NCBI RefSeq assembly: GCF_009914755.1
Contig: NC_060932.1
Direction: 5' to 3' (one strand)
DNA length: 64,000 bases
Source of the DNA: the human T2T-CHM13v2.0 reference genome, Homo sapiens
In this document: positions 14,187-28,955 of the stretch, piece by piece
Layout of the letters: each line of letters opens with the position of its first letter
Numbering within the stretch: the stretch's first letter is position 1
Program-made: the position numbers and the translations under genes
The notes under the pieces: generated by a model
Databases searched by the model: none
The model's input: the letters and a program-made list of their open reading frames with translations, nothing else
What the model was told of the DNA's origin: nothing

Positions 14187-14654
14187 ATGGCTGTTATCTA
14201 TCATGTTGGCTTGTTGAATCTAACATCCAAAGGAAACTTCAGTTAGGCCCTGCTACTTAATTGGTTAATTAAAAAGGGTAATTAAGTGATTAACTTACTC
14301 CCCTCCCAATTTTCTTATTGGAAATATGTCCAAAAGATAAGAGCTCACTGTGCTATTTTTAACGAACCCTAGCAACCATAGGGGAGGCTGTTGTGGGAGA
14401 CAGGAGACTGTCGTCTTTCTAAACATGGAGCCTGTAGGCAATGCCCTGTGGGTAAGAACTTGTTTCAAATCCTGGTTCTGGTGGTTGCTGGCTGAGTTCA
14501 GACAGACTCCTTTCTCTATTTGGGCGTCTGTCTCCTCGACTATAAAAAGACAGGTGAATAGGCTTTTTTCAATCAGCTCTGAATGTCTCTGCAGAAGTTG
14601 TAGGCATTGGACATGGATTTATTGATTTCCTAGAACAATCGAGTATAAGTTAAG

Positions 14655-15185
14655 CCTGTGGACTCAGAAGTCAGTGTCCTGGGTTCAAGGGCAGACTTGT
14701 GTGATGCTAGGCAAGTTATTCAACCACTGTAAGACTCAGTTTTCTTATCTGCAAAATGGGGACAATAACACTACTTTCTTCAAGGGTTGTGAGGATTTAA
14801 TTATATCATGTGTGTGGGTTGGGCACGGTGGCTAATGCCTGTAATCCCAGTGCTTTGGAAGGCCAAGGCAGATGGCCTGAATTGAGCCCAGGAGTTCGAG
14901 ACCAGCCTGGGCAACATGACAAAAGCCCACATATATAAAACATACAAAAATTAGCTGGGTGTAGTGGCGTGTGCCTGTAGTCCCAGCCATTTGGAAGGCT
15001 GAGGCGGGTCGGGCACTTGAGCAAGGAGGTTGAGCGAGAGGTTGCAGTGAGCTGTGATTGTGCCTGTGTACTCCAGCCTGGGTGACAGAGGGAGACTCTG
15101 TCTCAAAAAAAAATAAAAAAATAAAAAATAAGCTACTTAACAGTGTGTCTGGCACCCCATAAGCTCCTAGTAAGTATTGACCGTT
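14655..15185 (+). mobile_element. MIR split by an Alu
   Basis: ggcaagttattcaacc...ctcagttttcttatctgcaaaatgggg on the left; acagtgtgtctggcac on the right. Confidence 0.7.
14817..15130 (+). mobile_element. AluJ
   Basis: ggttgggcacggtggct ... gactctgtctc plus A tail. Confidence 0.93.
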
Positions 15186-16544
15186 ATCAAAAAACAGCCA
15201 CTGGAAGATTTTGGTTTCTAGAGCAAACCTTCTAATATCAGCTTCTTCCGTGTTCTTAGTCTTCTCCTCTGAAGTCAAGTACAAAGCTTTGAATAACTGA
15301 GAGTTTGAGTGTGTTGAATGCTGGTTAACCAAGAGTTGACTCCCCTGCATTTTGTCATTTGTGGATGTTTATGGACAGAATTTGCAAGGGGCCTGGTGGG
15401 CATCAGATGGCACTTGTCTTGAGCACATTCATTCTGAGGGAAGGAAGTAGATGTATTAATAGTTTCCCACATAATGGTCACCACCCTCAAACCATTAAGG
15501 CAATCCAGCTTCTGGAAAATCCAGGTCAGACAATAACCTACCAGAAGTAGAAGGAACTTCTTCCAAAAAAAAAAAAAAAAAAAAAGAAAATCTAATAGGT
15601 TTTATCTGAGATCATCAGGGAATATATTTTTCTTGGAGATGAATAAAAAAGAAGCAACTGTTCCATCCACACAAAAGTAATAAATAGTAATAAAATCTCC
15701 TGTGAACAGCCGCTTCTTAGTAACCTGAACCTGGAAGATGTGGGTTCAAAGTCACGGATAGAAAGATATTAGACGCATCACAGAGAAACACAGAGAACAT
15801 GGAGAACTTGGTTATGGATTTATGGCATGTTTATCAGGCTGAATATTTGCTTTTTAAGGGCCTCCCCACCATTCTTTGCAAAGAAAATGTGGCTTTAGAG
15901 AATGTTTCAACTCAGCCTCCTGGAGGGTGGTGGGGGAAGGGGATAGGGGAGGCAGAGGGGCTGTTGATCTCATGTTGGAAGAGCAAGTGAGCAGGTGAAC
16001 TTGCTTGAGCCTCAGCCCCTTTGCATAGGAAGTTAACTCAAGAGTCGTGGTGTTAGGTCAGCATCTGAGCAAGTGTGCCTTCTGGAAGAGAGGTCTTAGA
16101 GGGGGTTTTACCTGAAGCCAGCTCCTGAGTTCCAGGCTATGGAGTCCTTGGCATGTTGGTAATGGAACCACTTCTTCCTTGACTCTCACCTCTCCCCCCA
16201 CAGCCTTTGATCCTGTCTGCACCTCCCTGCCCTTGAATCTTACTGTCTGGTAACCTCTGCTCTGGGCTGGCCATCCAGTCCCCTAACTGTATGTCTCCCA
16301 GGCTTTCTTTCAGTGGGTTCTCTGCCTTTACCAACTGCCCATACATGGAGCGCGTTACTTTGTCCCAGGTCAAACAATTATCATTATCTCAGTTCTCATA
16401 ATAACGTGCAATTGAGTACTCACTGTGTGCTTATTGCTAGGTATTTCACAACAATTATCTAAAATCTTTACAAAAACCCAGAGAGGTGGGTATTTGTAGC
16501 TCCAATTTTTAACGTAAGATTGAAGCTCAGCTTGCTTACTTGAT

Positions 16545-16911
16545 GCTTACTCTCTTCATGGTGCTATAACAAAATACCTTAGACTGGGTACTTTATAAAG
16601 AACAGAAATTTAATTCTCACAGTTCTGGAGTTTGGTACGTTCAAGATCAAGGTGCCATCAGATTTGATGTCTGGTAAGGGCTCACTCTCTGCTTCCAAGA
16701 TGGCACCATGTTGTTGCATCCTCAAGTGGTGGAAGGGACGGAAGGAACAAACTTGCTCCCTCAAGTCCTTTTATAAAGGCACTCATCATTCATAAAGGTG
16801 GAGCCCTCCTGGCCTAATCACTCTGAAAGGCCTCACCTCTTGAGACTGTTGCGTTGGGAATTAAGTTTCAATATAAATTTTGAAAGAGACACAAGCATTC
16901 AAACCGTAGCA
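16545..16911 (-). mobile_element. MaLR solo LTR (MLT1A/MSTD-like) nested in a MIR
   Basis: gctataacaaaatacc...tcacagttctggag...tcaagatcaaggtgcc...attcaaaccgtagca. Confidence 0.85.
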
Positions 16912-18419
16912 CCTGATTTGTCCAAAATTGCATAGCTAGTTAGTGGCAGAGCCAGAATTATATCCAAAACCTGCTCTCCAAGAGCTGGGGTCTTTGCACA
17001 ACCTCAGTAGTCTTCAACTCCATGTCATCAAGGGAGTTTTCTCAGAATAAAGTCATATAGAAGGTAAATAAATGCGGAGCTGCTGTACCTTATCATATGT
17101 TTACAATGAGGCATTCATTTTAAGTTACCTGCTAGATAAAATTTATTAATCAATTTACTAATTAATATCAATTAATTAATTAATTCATTTATTAATTTAA
17201 TTAATTCCATAGAATTGAGTTATTTTTGAGCACATACCTTCTTGTTGTAAGTGAGACCCTGGGCAACTAACTTACCCTCTCTGGGTTTATAAAATGGGGA
17301 TAATAAGGCCTCCTTGGCAGGTTGTAGTTGGGTTTAGAGAAGGTAATGGTGTCAAGTGCCTGGTACCTGGGAGGCACTGCATAAATGGTGGTTATTACTA
17401 TGATTTTACACTTAATTTTAGTCAAAATATAAAGATCATGAGGATTAATTTCTAATTTAATTAGTGACCTAAAAGGATGTTGGTGTCCTTTAAGCCACCA
17501 GAATCCAGATGAAACTTCAGGGCTCTCTAGCCGTGCATGATAGAGAAGGTCCCATCCACCTGGGAGAATGTGAAGGGTACCAGGACATGTTTAAGTCTGT
17601 GGAGGGACGTGCACACCTGCTTTTATGAGCCAGGGACCCTACCCACAGGGGAATGATTCTGGAATGGGATACTTACATAAGTAACATGGCTTCTCAGTGC
17701 TTTGGAAAATTCTTCAGTTCCACAGCCCCTTCTGGCAGCGCTAGGGGGCTCTGATTTTGACATTACCCTGCATAGTAGATCGGTAGGTAACGTTTATTAC
17801 TCCTTACTGTCTTTCTTAATGGCTGAATTCCCGGAAGTTAGTATTCCTGCTTCAGGCTGCTTTTCAAGATGTGACTTTCACTTGGAACAACTTGGAACAG
17901 AGCCAAGAGCTGGACTTTAGGGAGGGACTTGGGACACGAAATGCTGCACTAGGGATGAGGCTCAGGAAGAGAGGAAATAGCTCCATTCCTTTGCAGCTGC
18001 CACTCAAAGAGAGCAAGCTGTTTCTTCTTTCCTCTGGGGTCCTCCTCTTCCTGCTGCCACATGTTTCCATATGGATGTCCTACGAGAGCCATGGAGACCT
18101 GCAGTTACCCATGAGTATTTGTTAGTGTTCCTAGCAGATGCATAAGGAAGAGAGAAGGCAAGTTTGTCAGGTGGGGCCTCTGGTTACATGAGGCATTTCC
18201 CATGTGGAATAATGGACTTGGAGAAATTGTGTATGCCTTTGGGCTGAGCTAGGCCAAGTGACGTCAAGGACATTTGAATATTAATTAGGGCATATAAAAG
18301 CTGGAAGGGACTCACAGTCCTAATCATTGATTTAGAATGATAGCATTTTATATCTGGAATTTAGGAGACACTCCAGGGTTCTGGGAAGCTGTGACTTGTC
18401 CCAACATATATTTCTTGAG

Positions 18420-18885
18420 TGTATTAGTGAGGGCACTTGGCTGCAAGTGAAAGAAACTCAAATTAGTTTAAGGAAAAACACAAGAGCGGAGGAGAGGTAT
18501 TGGCCCATGTGCTTGAAAAGCCCAGGGGTGGATCTTGGGCTGTGGGCATGGCTGGATGTCCCGAGCCTTGGTCTCTTTCTTTCCATTTTAGATCCTTGCT
18601 CACTTCTGCACTGGGTTCAACACCAGGGGGCTTTTCTGAATGGTGACAAAGATGGCCACTGGTATGTCTCTGTTTTCACTATTCTCAGAACTGGTGATCC
18701 TAGAAAAAAAGAGTATCAAAATTCCAGCCCAGCTACGAGGAATGACATGACTGACCTGGCTTGGGCCACAGGCCTGTTTCTTGAAACAATTGCTTCATCC
18801 AGAATTCTGATTGGCACCGTCTCTGAAACCATAGCTTGGTTGGAGAATCTGGGATGTCCTTGCTTTCTCTACAGTGACAGAATTT
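18420..18885 (-). mobile_element. Old MLT1 (J/K/L-like) LTR
   Basis: ggctgcaagtgaaagaaactcaa ... tattggcccatgt ... aaagatggcc. Confidence 0.55.
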
Positions 18886-18899
18886 TTGCCACAGTTGCC

Positions 18900-19422
18900 A
18901 GTGGTAGGTGGAATAATCCCCTGCCACCCCACCCAAAAATGTTCACATCCTAATTCCCAGAACCTAGGCATCTGTTATGTTTCATGGAAAGCGTGGGGAG
19001 GGAGAATTGAGGTTGCAAGTTGAATTAAGGATGCTAATAAACTGTTCTTAATGAGATTAGCCTGGATTATGCAGGTGTGCCTTGTGTAATCACAGGGCCC
19101 TTAAATGGGGAAGAGGGAGGCAGACAAGAGGCAGAACCAGAGAGAGGGACTTGGGAAAAAGACTCACTCAGCCATTGCTGGCTTTGAAGATGGAAGGGGA
19201 CCAAGACTTAAGAAGGGCAGACCACTAGAAGCTGGAAGAGGCATGGCAATAGATTCTCCCCTACAGCCTCCAGAAGGAACCAGCCCTATTGACACCTTGA
19301 TTTTAGCCCAGGGAGACCCACTTTAGACTTCAGGCCTCTGGAACTGTAAGATAATAGATTTGTGTTGTTTCAAGCTGCTAAGTTTGTGGTGATTTGCTAT
19401 GCAGCAATAGGAAACTAATATA
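18900..19422 (+). mobile_element. MLT1D-like MaLR solo LTR
   Basis: ccattgctggctttgaagatggaagg, gattctcccctacagcctccagaagg, ending gcagcaataggaaactaata. Confidence 0.88.
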
Positions 19423-19434
19423 CTGTCCCAAATA

Positions 19435-20114
<680 letters not shown>

Positions 20115-20529
20115 TAAGGAGACCCAACAGACCCAGTGTCTCCAAACACAAGCTAGGAGCATCCTGAGGATCTCCCGGTGGTGGTTCAGGAGCTGTCGAC
20201 TCAGTCCTTGGCTCCCCTTGGTGTCTTTCCCATTGGATGCTGCAGTCTTGGCGTCCCTGCCCTCGTCTCTGTCTTGCCTCTTGCTGTTGCTGCTGGTGTT
20301 TATTCTTAGGCAACCCTCACCATCCCTGAATCAGCCTGGCTCTCTGGACTCTGTGCGGCTTTGGTGAGTATCTGGTGAGCCAGCTCTGGTCCTATGGAAT
20401 GTACTCCCACCCTAGTTGGCCTGCCCCCACACCCCACTCAGAGAAAGCTAAATAAAAATACAAGATGTAATTAGCATGGAAGACCTTGTCTTAGGTCTCT
20501 GGGTGTGACTTCACGGGAAATGCATCGGT

Positions 20530-20790
20530 TATAATAGCTAACATATACTGAATGCTTACCATGGGACAGAAAATTAAGTGAGTTTTTTTTTTTAACTTTA
20601 TTTTATCATCAGAGCAACAGTAGGAGGTAAGCACTAGCGTTATCTCCCTTTACAGGTAAGAAAACTGAAGCTGTGCTAGTAGGGAAATTAAATAATTATC
20701 TGAGATCACTCATCTGTTAAGTGGCAGAGGCAGTATATAAACCAGGCAGTCTGATTCTGGAGCCCATGCTGTGATAGATCAGTGTGCTAC
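20530..20790 (-). mobile_element. MIR, near full length
   Basis: aatagctaacat...tttacaggtaagaaaactgaagct...ccaggcagtctgattctggagcccatgct. Confidence 0.8.
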
Positions 20791-20877
20791 CTCTCAAGCC
20801 CGGTGACTTTCATCTTCTGAGTAGCACCTCATGTAATAAAATGTTTAGACAATCATGACAATGGCTTGGAGCACCAG

Positions 20878-21011
20878 GCAGGGCTGCCATGTATGGTTGG
20901 GTGGACTGTGCACTGCACAACTCAGGAGGTGCCATCCGCATTGTCATATGCCAATTGTAACCCCTTCAGTTGTGCAGAGGACAATCCACACAACCACATA
21001 TGGCCACTCTG
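20878..21011. mobile_element. MER91-like hAT-Tip100 MITE
   Basis: cagggctgccat...gcactgcacaactc ... agttgtgcag...atatggccactctg; palindromic ends. Confidence 0.7.
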
Positions 21012-22204
21012 AGGCCTTGGGGCTTGCACAAGCCGATAGCAGGAGGTCACAGGGAAACGCCAGGAACTCAGTTGAGGAGCTATTAAAAACTTCTTGGGTG
21101 TTGGTGTTGAAAATTAGGAATCAGGGAAGTAAGCCAAGGTAATGGGAGACAGGAACACGGAGGACTCTTGCTGGGGCATCCTGACAAAATGCTGGATGGT
21201 CTCTTCCACACTCAGACCTACACTAGATGACTTTTACAAAGGGGGGAGGGGCTAGTTTTGTTTTTGCATCATAAAAATAAGACACGCTTATTAAAGGCCA
21301 TTTAGGAAATGTAGAAACATTTAAGTAGCTTAATATTTTAAATAATAAAATATTAGCAGTTGTTTGTCCTGTAACCCAAAGAAAACCACTGTTAATATTT
21401 TATTGTATTGGCTGTATCTTCTCTAGGGTTTCTCTCTCTTTCTATTCATATTTACATCGATATCTATACATAGAGTGAGAGCTCTCTCAAGGGGGAGAGA
21501 TCAATATATTATTTGTACATGGTTGATCCTGCTAGAAATATGAATATTATTTGTACAATTTTCACCTGGCCTTCTAGAAACAGTTCAGATGGGACTGTGC
21601 TCAGTTTTGCTTGTCCGGGAACCTCTTAAAGGCTCTACTTGGCTGCTGGCACAGGCTATGGAGGGGGTTTGGAGAACTAGTAGGCCATAGGATGGAGAGG
21701 CTCTAGTAGGTTTGAAGCGGAGAAGCAGGAGCAATCCTTGGGTTGGAGAATCCAGCCCAGTCCAACATAGGGTCCTGGTGGTGAGGGGCTCACTGAATCC
21801 CAGAGGCCAGTGGAAAGTCTTGAGCCTGCTCGTACACCAGGGGGGTTGGTGGCCTCCCTGATGATGAAGTCTTCCTCCTAAAAGAGACCTTCTGGGGATG
21901 TAGTTCAGCCTCCTCCCTCCTCTTCATTACCTTCCTAGCCCACCTTAACAGCACAAACACATTTTCTAGCTGAGGAAACTATGCCCTAGGGAGGTAAGTT
22001 GACCGACTTGAGGTCATACAGTGAGTCAGTGTCATACTGGGACCAGAACTCGGGGCTCCTGACTTCTTTCCAAGCCTGCAAATGTGTGCTGTTGAAGACC
22101 AGTCTTCCTCCTGAAAGAGTCCTTCGGGGTCCCTTGCTCTCGACTGAAGAACATGCTGGAATAAAGAACCACATTCCACATTGCTCTGGAATAAAGAACC
22201 ATGT

Positions 22205-22430
22205 GCTCTGTAATAAAAAACATTCCATGGTCAAAGCAATGTGGGAAGCCTGCACATTGCAAATCCTCTCTTGGAGGTTCATAAGCAATTTAGCTCACTA
22301 AAGTCTCAGAGAAGGCCTGCAGCAAAGAAACCTGTTTAACTTGGTTCAATTCATTGTTGCTTGAACTTATGTGGGAAGTTTCCATTGTTCATGTAGTTAT
22401 GCCTTGAAGAACATATGTTGGGAAAGAGAG
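22205..22430 (-). mobile_element. MER103C-like DNA element
   Basis: ttccatggtcaaa ... gagaaggcctgcagcaaagaaacctgtttaactt. Confidence 0.7.
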
Positions 22431-22461
22431 GCTGTGTTACGCCACACTGCCTGTCCACTGA

Positions 22462-22924
<463 letters not shown>

Positions 22925-23353
22925 TGAGACAGGATTTTCTTAGCGGCCTAATAGCTTTAAATGATACTGTGTCTCCAAGGGGATTTAAACTGAAAATTCC
23001 AAGTAGCTTACATTAAGTAAGTGCCATGTGAGCACTTTCTTGCCTGTCGTGTTCATCTCTGTATCCTCAATGCCTTGAACAGTGACTGGTACACAGTAGA
23101 TACTCAATAAAGACTTGCTGAATAAATGGAATGAAATTTCCAGTTACTTTTGGAGGCTACATAGAGTTCCACAATAACTTTCCTCTGCATGACATAAAAA
23201 CTTTAACTTTCCTCTTCCAGGCTGTGAGATTTGCAACTCACTATTTAGATTTAACAAATGCTTATGCAATACTTAATGCATAGAAACCCTATGCTGGGTA
23301 TATTCTCATGTAAAAAATCCCTTAATTAATATTGTCAGTGACCCTGTAAAGTA

Positions 23354-23391
23354 CAATGGCAAAAATGGCTATTACTTTTGCATCAGCCTAA
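23354..23391. mobile_element. Half MADE1 (Hsmar1 MITE) inside a MIR
   Basis: aatggcaaaaatggctattacttttgcatcagcctaa resembles one arm of MADE1. Confidence 0.65.
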
Positions 23392-24648
23392 CATAATCTC
23401 AATTTTCCAGGTGAGGAGGCTGAGGTTTGGAGGTGTTAGTTGACTTAGCCAAGGTGGTGTTCTTAAGTGTTGAAGTGAGATTTATGAGCCCATAGCCACA
23501 GCCAGGAGCAGCTTATTTATGGAGCTTCCCTGGAATGATAAAAGTAGACTTAAGATAAATCAACAAGAGGCAGGTCCCAGATGAAGTCTCCTCCAGGTTA
23601 TAAAGAAAGGCACTTCCTCTTCTGAAAAGTTGTCTGCAGCAAAGACTGGTTATTATGACTCTCCTGGGCACCAAATAGGGACTCTAGGCCACCTGTTAAG
23701 TGTCTTTGTGGAAAATTATTCTGCTTAAAGCACAATAACTCTGAGAATTGAGAAACATGAATAGTTCCCAGCTGATGGAACAGCTGAAGCACTAAGCCTC
23801 CCCAAGCCTTGGTTACAGCAACACAATACCATAACACAACAGCATGACTTCAAATTTCCCCATCCACTCAGTAGGTTGATAGTTCTTTTTCCACCCAACA
23901 CATTGAATGCCCAGGTATTGATCTTACTAGTGCTAGAGTAACTTTTTCATTTTTAAGAATTAAAAAAAGACAGCCATTGTAACACCTGGTTGCCTCCTGA
24001 AAACAGTGTCTATGCCTCTGAGCCAGCACAAAGTGCTGTTAATTACACTTTGTTCAAGAGAGAGTGTCTGGCTGGATGGGAAGATTATGTTTCAATATAT
24101 TTGTAGGATGTTTGAGCTGGGAGGAGCCCTGAGATCAACTTGCCTCTCATTTTACAGAATAGAAAACTGAGGCTCCTAGGCCACCCAAGGTCATGCTCTT
24201 GATTCTTGGGGCAGTTTTTTAAAAACCGTGCTATCTGAAATATAATCTTGGCTTCATCAACTCATACTGTGTGATTTTAAGCAAGTACTTAACCTCTCTG
24301 TTCTTTAATCATATGTCAAATGCAAGCAATAAGAGTTACCTACTTCATGGAGTTGGAGTAAGGAGTACATGAGATTTTGCCTGTAAAGTGCATTTCCAAG
24401 TGCCAGACACAAAAAATTGCTCAGTAAATTAGAATTTTAAAATCCTTACCAATATTGTCATTCTCCCCCCCTTTTTTCCCCCTCTACAACTGCATAATCT
24501 CCCTACTTGGGGGAATGAGCTCTGGGAAGGAAGGGGCTCTCTCTGTTTTTCTGCCCCTTGCAACTTGGAGATCAAGGAAGAGCACGTTAGTGGTGTTTAT
24601 AGTAGGAGTTTCCCTGCATGCTAGTTTCCATGTCTGCAGGACATACAG

Positions 24649-25268
24649 TGTTCTGTGAGATCCTGAATGCGTTCCCCAAAAGTTTGTGTTGAAAACTCAA
24701 TTGCCAGGCATAAGAATGATACAATGGACTTTGGGGGCTTGGGAGGAAGAGTGGGAGGGGAGTGAGGGATAAAAGACTACAGATATGGTGCAGTGTATAC
24801 TGCTTGGGTGATGGGTACACCAAAATCTCACAAATCACCACCAAGGAACTTACTCATGTAACCAAACACAACCTGTACCCCAATAACTTATGGAAAAATA
24901 AAATATTTAGGTACTCCAAAAAAAAAAAAAAAAGAAAACCTAATTGTCATTGTAATAGTAGTAAGAGGTAATTAGGCTATGGGGACTTTGCCCTCATAAA
25001 TGGATTTAATGCCATTATAATCGGAGTGGGTTAGTTATCTCTGGAATGGGCCCCTGATAAAAAGGATGAATTCAGCCCCATTTTTCTCTTTGTCTCGTGC
25101 ACTTGCTTGCCATGTGGTGCCTTCTGCCGTAGCATGACCCTTGCCTGATGCTGGCACCGTTTCTGGGCCTTCCCAGCCTCCAGCACTGTAAGCCATATAA
25201 ACTTCTATTCTTTAGAAATTACCCAGTCTGTGGCATTTTGTTACAACAGCAGAAAACGAACTAAGACA
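24649..25268 (+). mobile_element. MST-type MaLR solo LTR interrupted by L1PB
   Basis: ccctcataaatggatttaatgcc, cttcccagcctccag...aaattacccagtctgtgg, ending gaactaagaca. Confidence 0.85.
24707..24933 (+). mobile_element. L1PB-type 3' end with poly(A)
   Basis: ggcataagaatgatacaatggactttggg...caccaaaatctcacaaatcaccac; degenerate 16-bp TSD gaaaactcaattgcca (24691-24706) / gaaaacctaattgtca (24934-24949). Confidence 0.9.
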
Positions 25269-25831
25269 CTGGGCTTTTCCTGAGTCTGAGAAAAGTAGCT
25301 AAATCCACTCACATTAAGGTGACAGTGATAACGTTTTATTCCTCTCAGGAGTAAAACATTACTCCTGAGAGGAATGCCTAGGAGACGATATTTAATGCAA
25401 AGTAATTCATTTCCAAGGGCGGTGGGGAGGGCTGTCAGGTAACAATGCCAGGGAGATGGGAGACAGAATTTGGATCTTGGGGCTGGGTCTTCCTGGTGCC
25501 CCAACAGTAAACCTACAGAAGATGATTATCTGCTTGGCCCAGGCCCAGGGCTCCCCTTGCCGGCCGCTGGGGTTGTGATGTGCTCTCACAGGGAGGACTT
25601 TCTGCCGGGGAATCCAGGCCTGAAAGAGCTGCTTCTTGGTGGTGGGAAGGAGGAATCAAAGCCCCTGGGGTGTGGGCTGCACTATACGGGCCTGGACAGG
25701 CAGGTCGAATACTGTGAAGCTTTATTGTTTCTGAGACTCTACCTGGGCTCAGGGTTCAAAATCAAAAGCTTCCCGCAGGTAAGATTAGCTAAGTGAAAAC
25801 CACTGCACTTTCTCTAAAGTAGAATGGCTTA

Positions 25832-26218
<387 letters not shown>

Positions 26219-26901
26219 TTAATTTTATGTCAATGTGCTAACAATTCAACATTGAAATAATTTTTTTTTTTGTATAAGACAATTATCTGTGCAAGACAGA
26301 AACGCAGGAGTGCCCTTTTGTCTTTCTCCTCTTTGCCCCCTATTTTGAATCCAGCATTGAGTCGTGCTGTGCTTCTAGATAGCTCTGGAAGCTCTCCACT
26401 TCTCTTCCCAGCAGTCCCACTGCCTCCATCATTGCTATACCGGATATTGCAGCGGCCTCCTCCATGTCCTCTCTGGGCCCCTCAGTATCAATCCAGTATT
26501 TATTGCAGTATCTCCAAGAATTTGCACACAATATGATCCATTGGCATGCAGGCAGAAGCCATTAGTATTTTGATTTTTATTTATGTTAAAATTAAGAAAG
26601 CAAGCTTTCCTGACATTCAATGACTGGCTTGACTGTGGCTCCTTGCCCAATTCTTCTGTCAGCCAGTCTAAAGTCATGTTTGGTTCAAGAGGTATCTGGG
26701 GACTCCAGAACAAGAGCGTGTTTTCAGGGAGCCCGCGTGGTTTTGTTCGCTCTTGTTGTGTTGCAATGAACTGCAGTTTGTATCTTCTCCAGGAGAATGC
26801 TGTTCGTGGATTACATTAAGTACTTCCAATTAAACGAACTTCCAAAAACATAGACAAGCAACCTAAAAGGATTCCTGCATCCTTTTTGAAGATTAAAGAT
26901 A

Positions 26902-27590
<689 letters not shown>

Positions 27591-27811
27591 AATACTACAG
27601 GCAAGGAAAGGGCAACAATAAGCTAATCAAAAATACGGGATGAAATGTGGACAAATATCTACTATTGTTCATTAGCAACAACTCTTACCCTAAGTATATA
27701 TTGTCCTTGGTGATATTAACTAATGATAACATGCAGTCATAATTTTCAAGACTTAAATCATTTCACTAGGGAAATATTCAAACACACATAAAATAGAAAA
27801 TATAATCACGA

Positions 27812-28143
27812 GGCTGGGCATGGTGGCTCATGCTTGTAATCCTAACACTTTAAGAGGTCGAAGTGGGAGGATTGCTTGGGGCCAAGCATACAAGACCAGC
27901 CTAGGAAACATAGCAAGACTCTTTCTCTACAAAAATAAATAAATAAATAGTAAATAAAATTAGCTGGGTGTGATGGCATGTGACTGCAGTCCCAGCTGCT
28001 CAGGAGACTGAGGTGGGAGGATCATTTGAGCCCAAGAGATCAATGCAGTGAGTTATATAGTCCAGTCTGGGTGAAACCACTGCACTCCAGCCTGGGTGAA
28101 AGAACAAGATCCTGTCTCAAAAAAAGTAATTAATTAAAAAAAG
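27812..28143 (+). mobile_element. AluJ (Jo-like)
   Basis: Diverged dimer; flanks agaaaatataatcacga / agaagatataattatga. Confidence 0.9.
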
Positions 28144-28289
28144 AAGATATAATTATGACCCTCATGTGCCTATCACTCAACTTCAACAATTATCAACACA
28201 TTGTCAAGACTTCAAAAACTATTTTTTGTTAGCTCCCTTTAAAAAAATTTCTATATTTGTATGTTTTATAATGTACATAAACTATACCA

Positions 28290-28291
28290 TA

Positions 28292-28322
<31 letters not shown>

Positions 28323-28346
28323 GTATATATATATATATATATACAT
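28290..28346. repeat. (TG)n(TA)n compound microsatellite
   Basis: Directly visible. Confidence 0.95.
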
Positions 28347-28439
28347 ACATTTACATAAACCAAAGGTGTGTACTCAAAACTTCATCACTTGTGAGGGTGT
28401 GTAGTCAAATGGTTAGAGAAGTCTGCTCCATGCTGCCGT

Positions 28440-28955
28440 CAGGAGACATTTCCAGTGTGCAAATTTGATCACGTTGCTCTGTCTTGCATATCACTCAGTG
28501 GCTTCCCATTGCTTCTAAGAAAGTTCTGCAAGGACTCACCTAAGTCTCTTGCCTCACTCCCCACCTTGCTTTCTTTGCTCTGGCCCCAATGCCAGTTTGC
28601 AGGGCAATATGTGCCAAATGCACATATTGGCGCACGTTTCCTCTTGCCCAGGGTCTCTGCACATTCTTCCTTCTCTGCTTTCCTTCTCAATGACAGTTTT
28701 ACTTCCTTAGGGAATCCTTTGATTCCCTCTAGTCCAGATCTGGTCTCCTGAATGTGAGCCATTCTTATGGAACTGAGTTATTTTCCTTTATTACATTTGT
28801 CTCAGTCTGTCACAATAGATTCATTTTAGTGATGGCTAATGTCTCTTCCTCTAATCTCCAAGAAGATGCTACACATGACCTTTTCTACCTATCCCCAGTG
28901 TCTAATGATGTGGCCAGCACATAGTAGGCATTCAACAAATTATGGATTAAATGAA
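28440..28955 (+). mobile_element. L2 3' portion
   Basis: cagtggcttcccattgc ... cagcacatagtaggcattcaacaaat...aatgaa. Confidence 0.65.

Noticed and set aside
15515-15592. A21 run with gaaaatc on both sides of a ~43-nt segment as a tiny retrocopy
   Set aside because: A 7-bp A-rich match is plausible by chance; no recognisable source RNA and a poor L1 endonuclease site
15924-15960. G-quadruplex motif (gggtggtgggggaaggggataggggagg)
   Set aside because: Common motif with no promoter or CpG-island context
18396-18953. Longest ORF (185 aa)
   Set aside because: Runs through MLT1 LTR remnants, uses a non-ATG start and has no protein-like features
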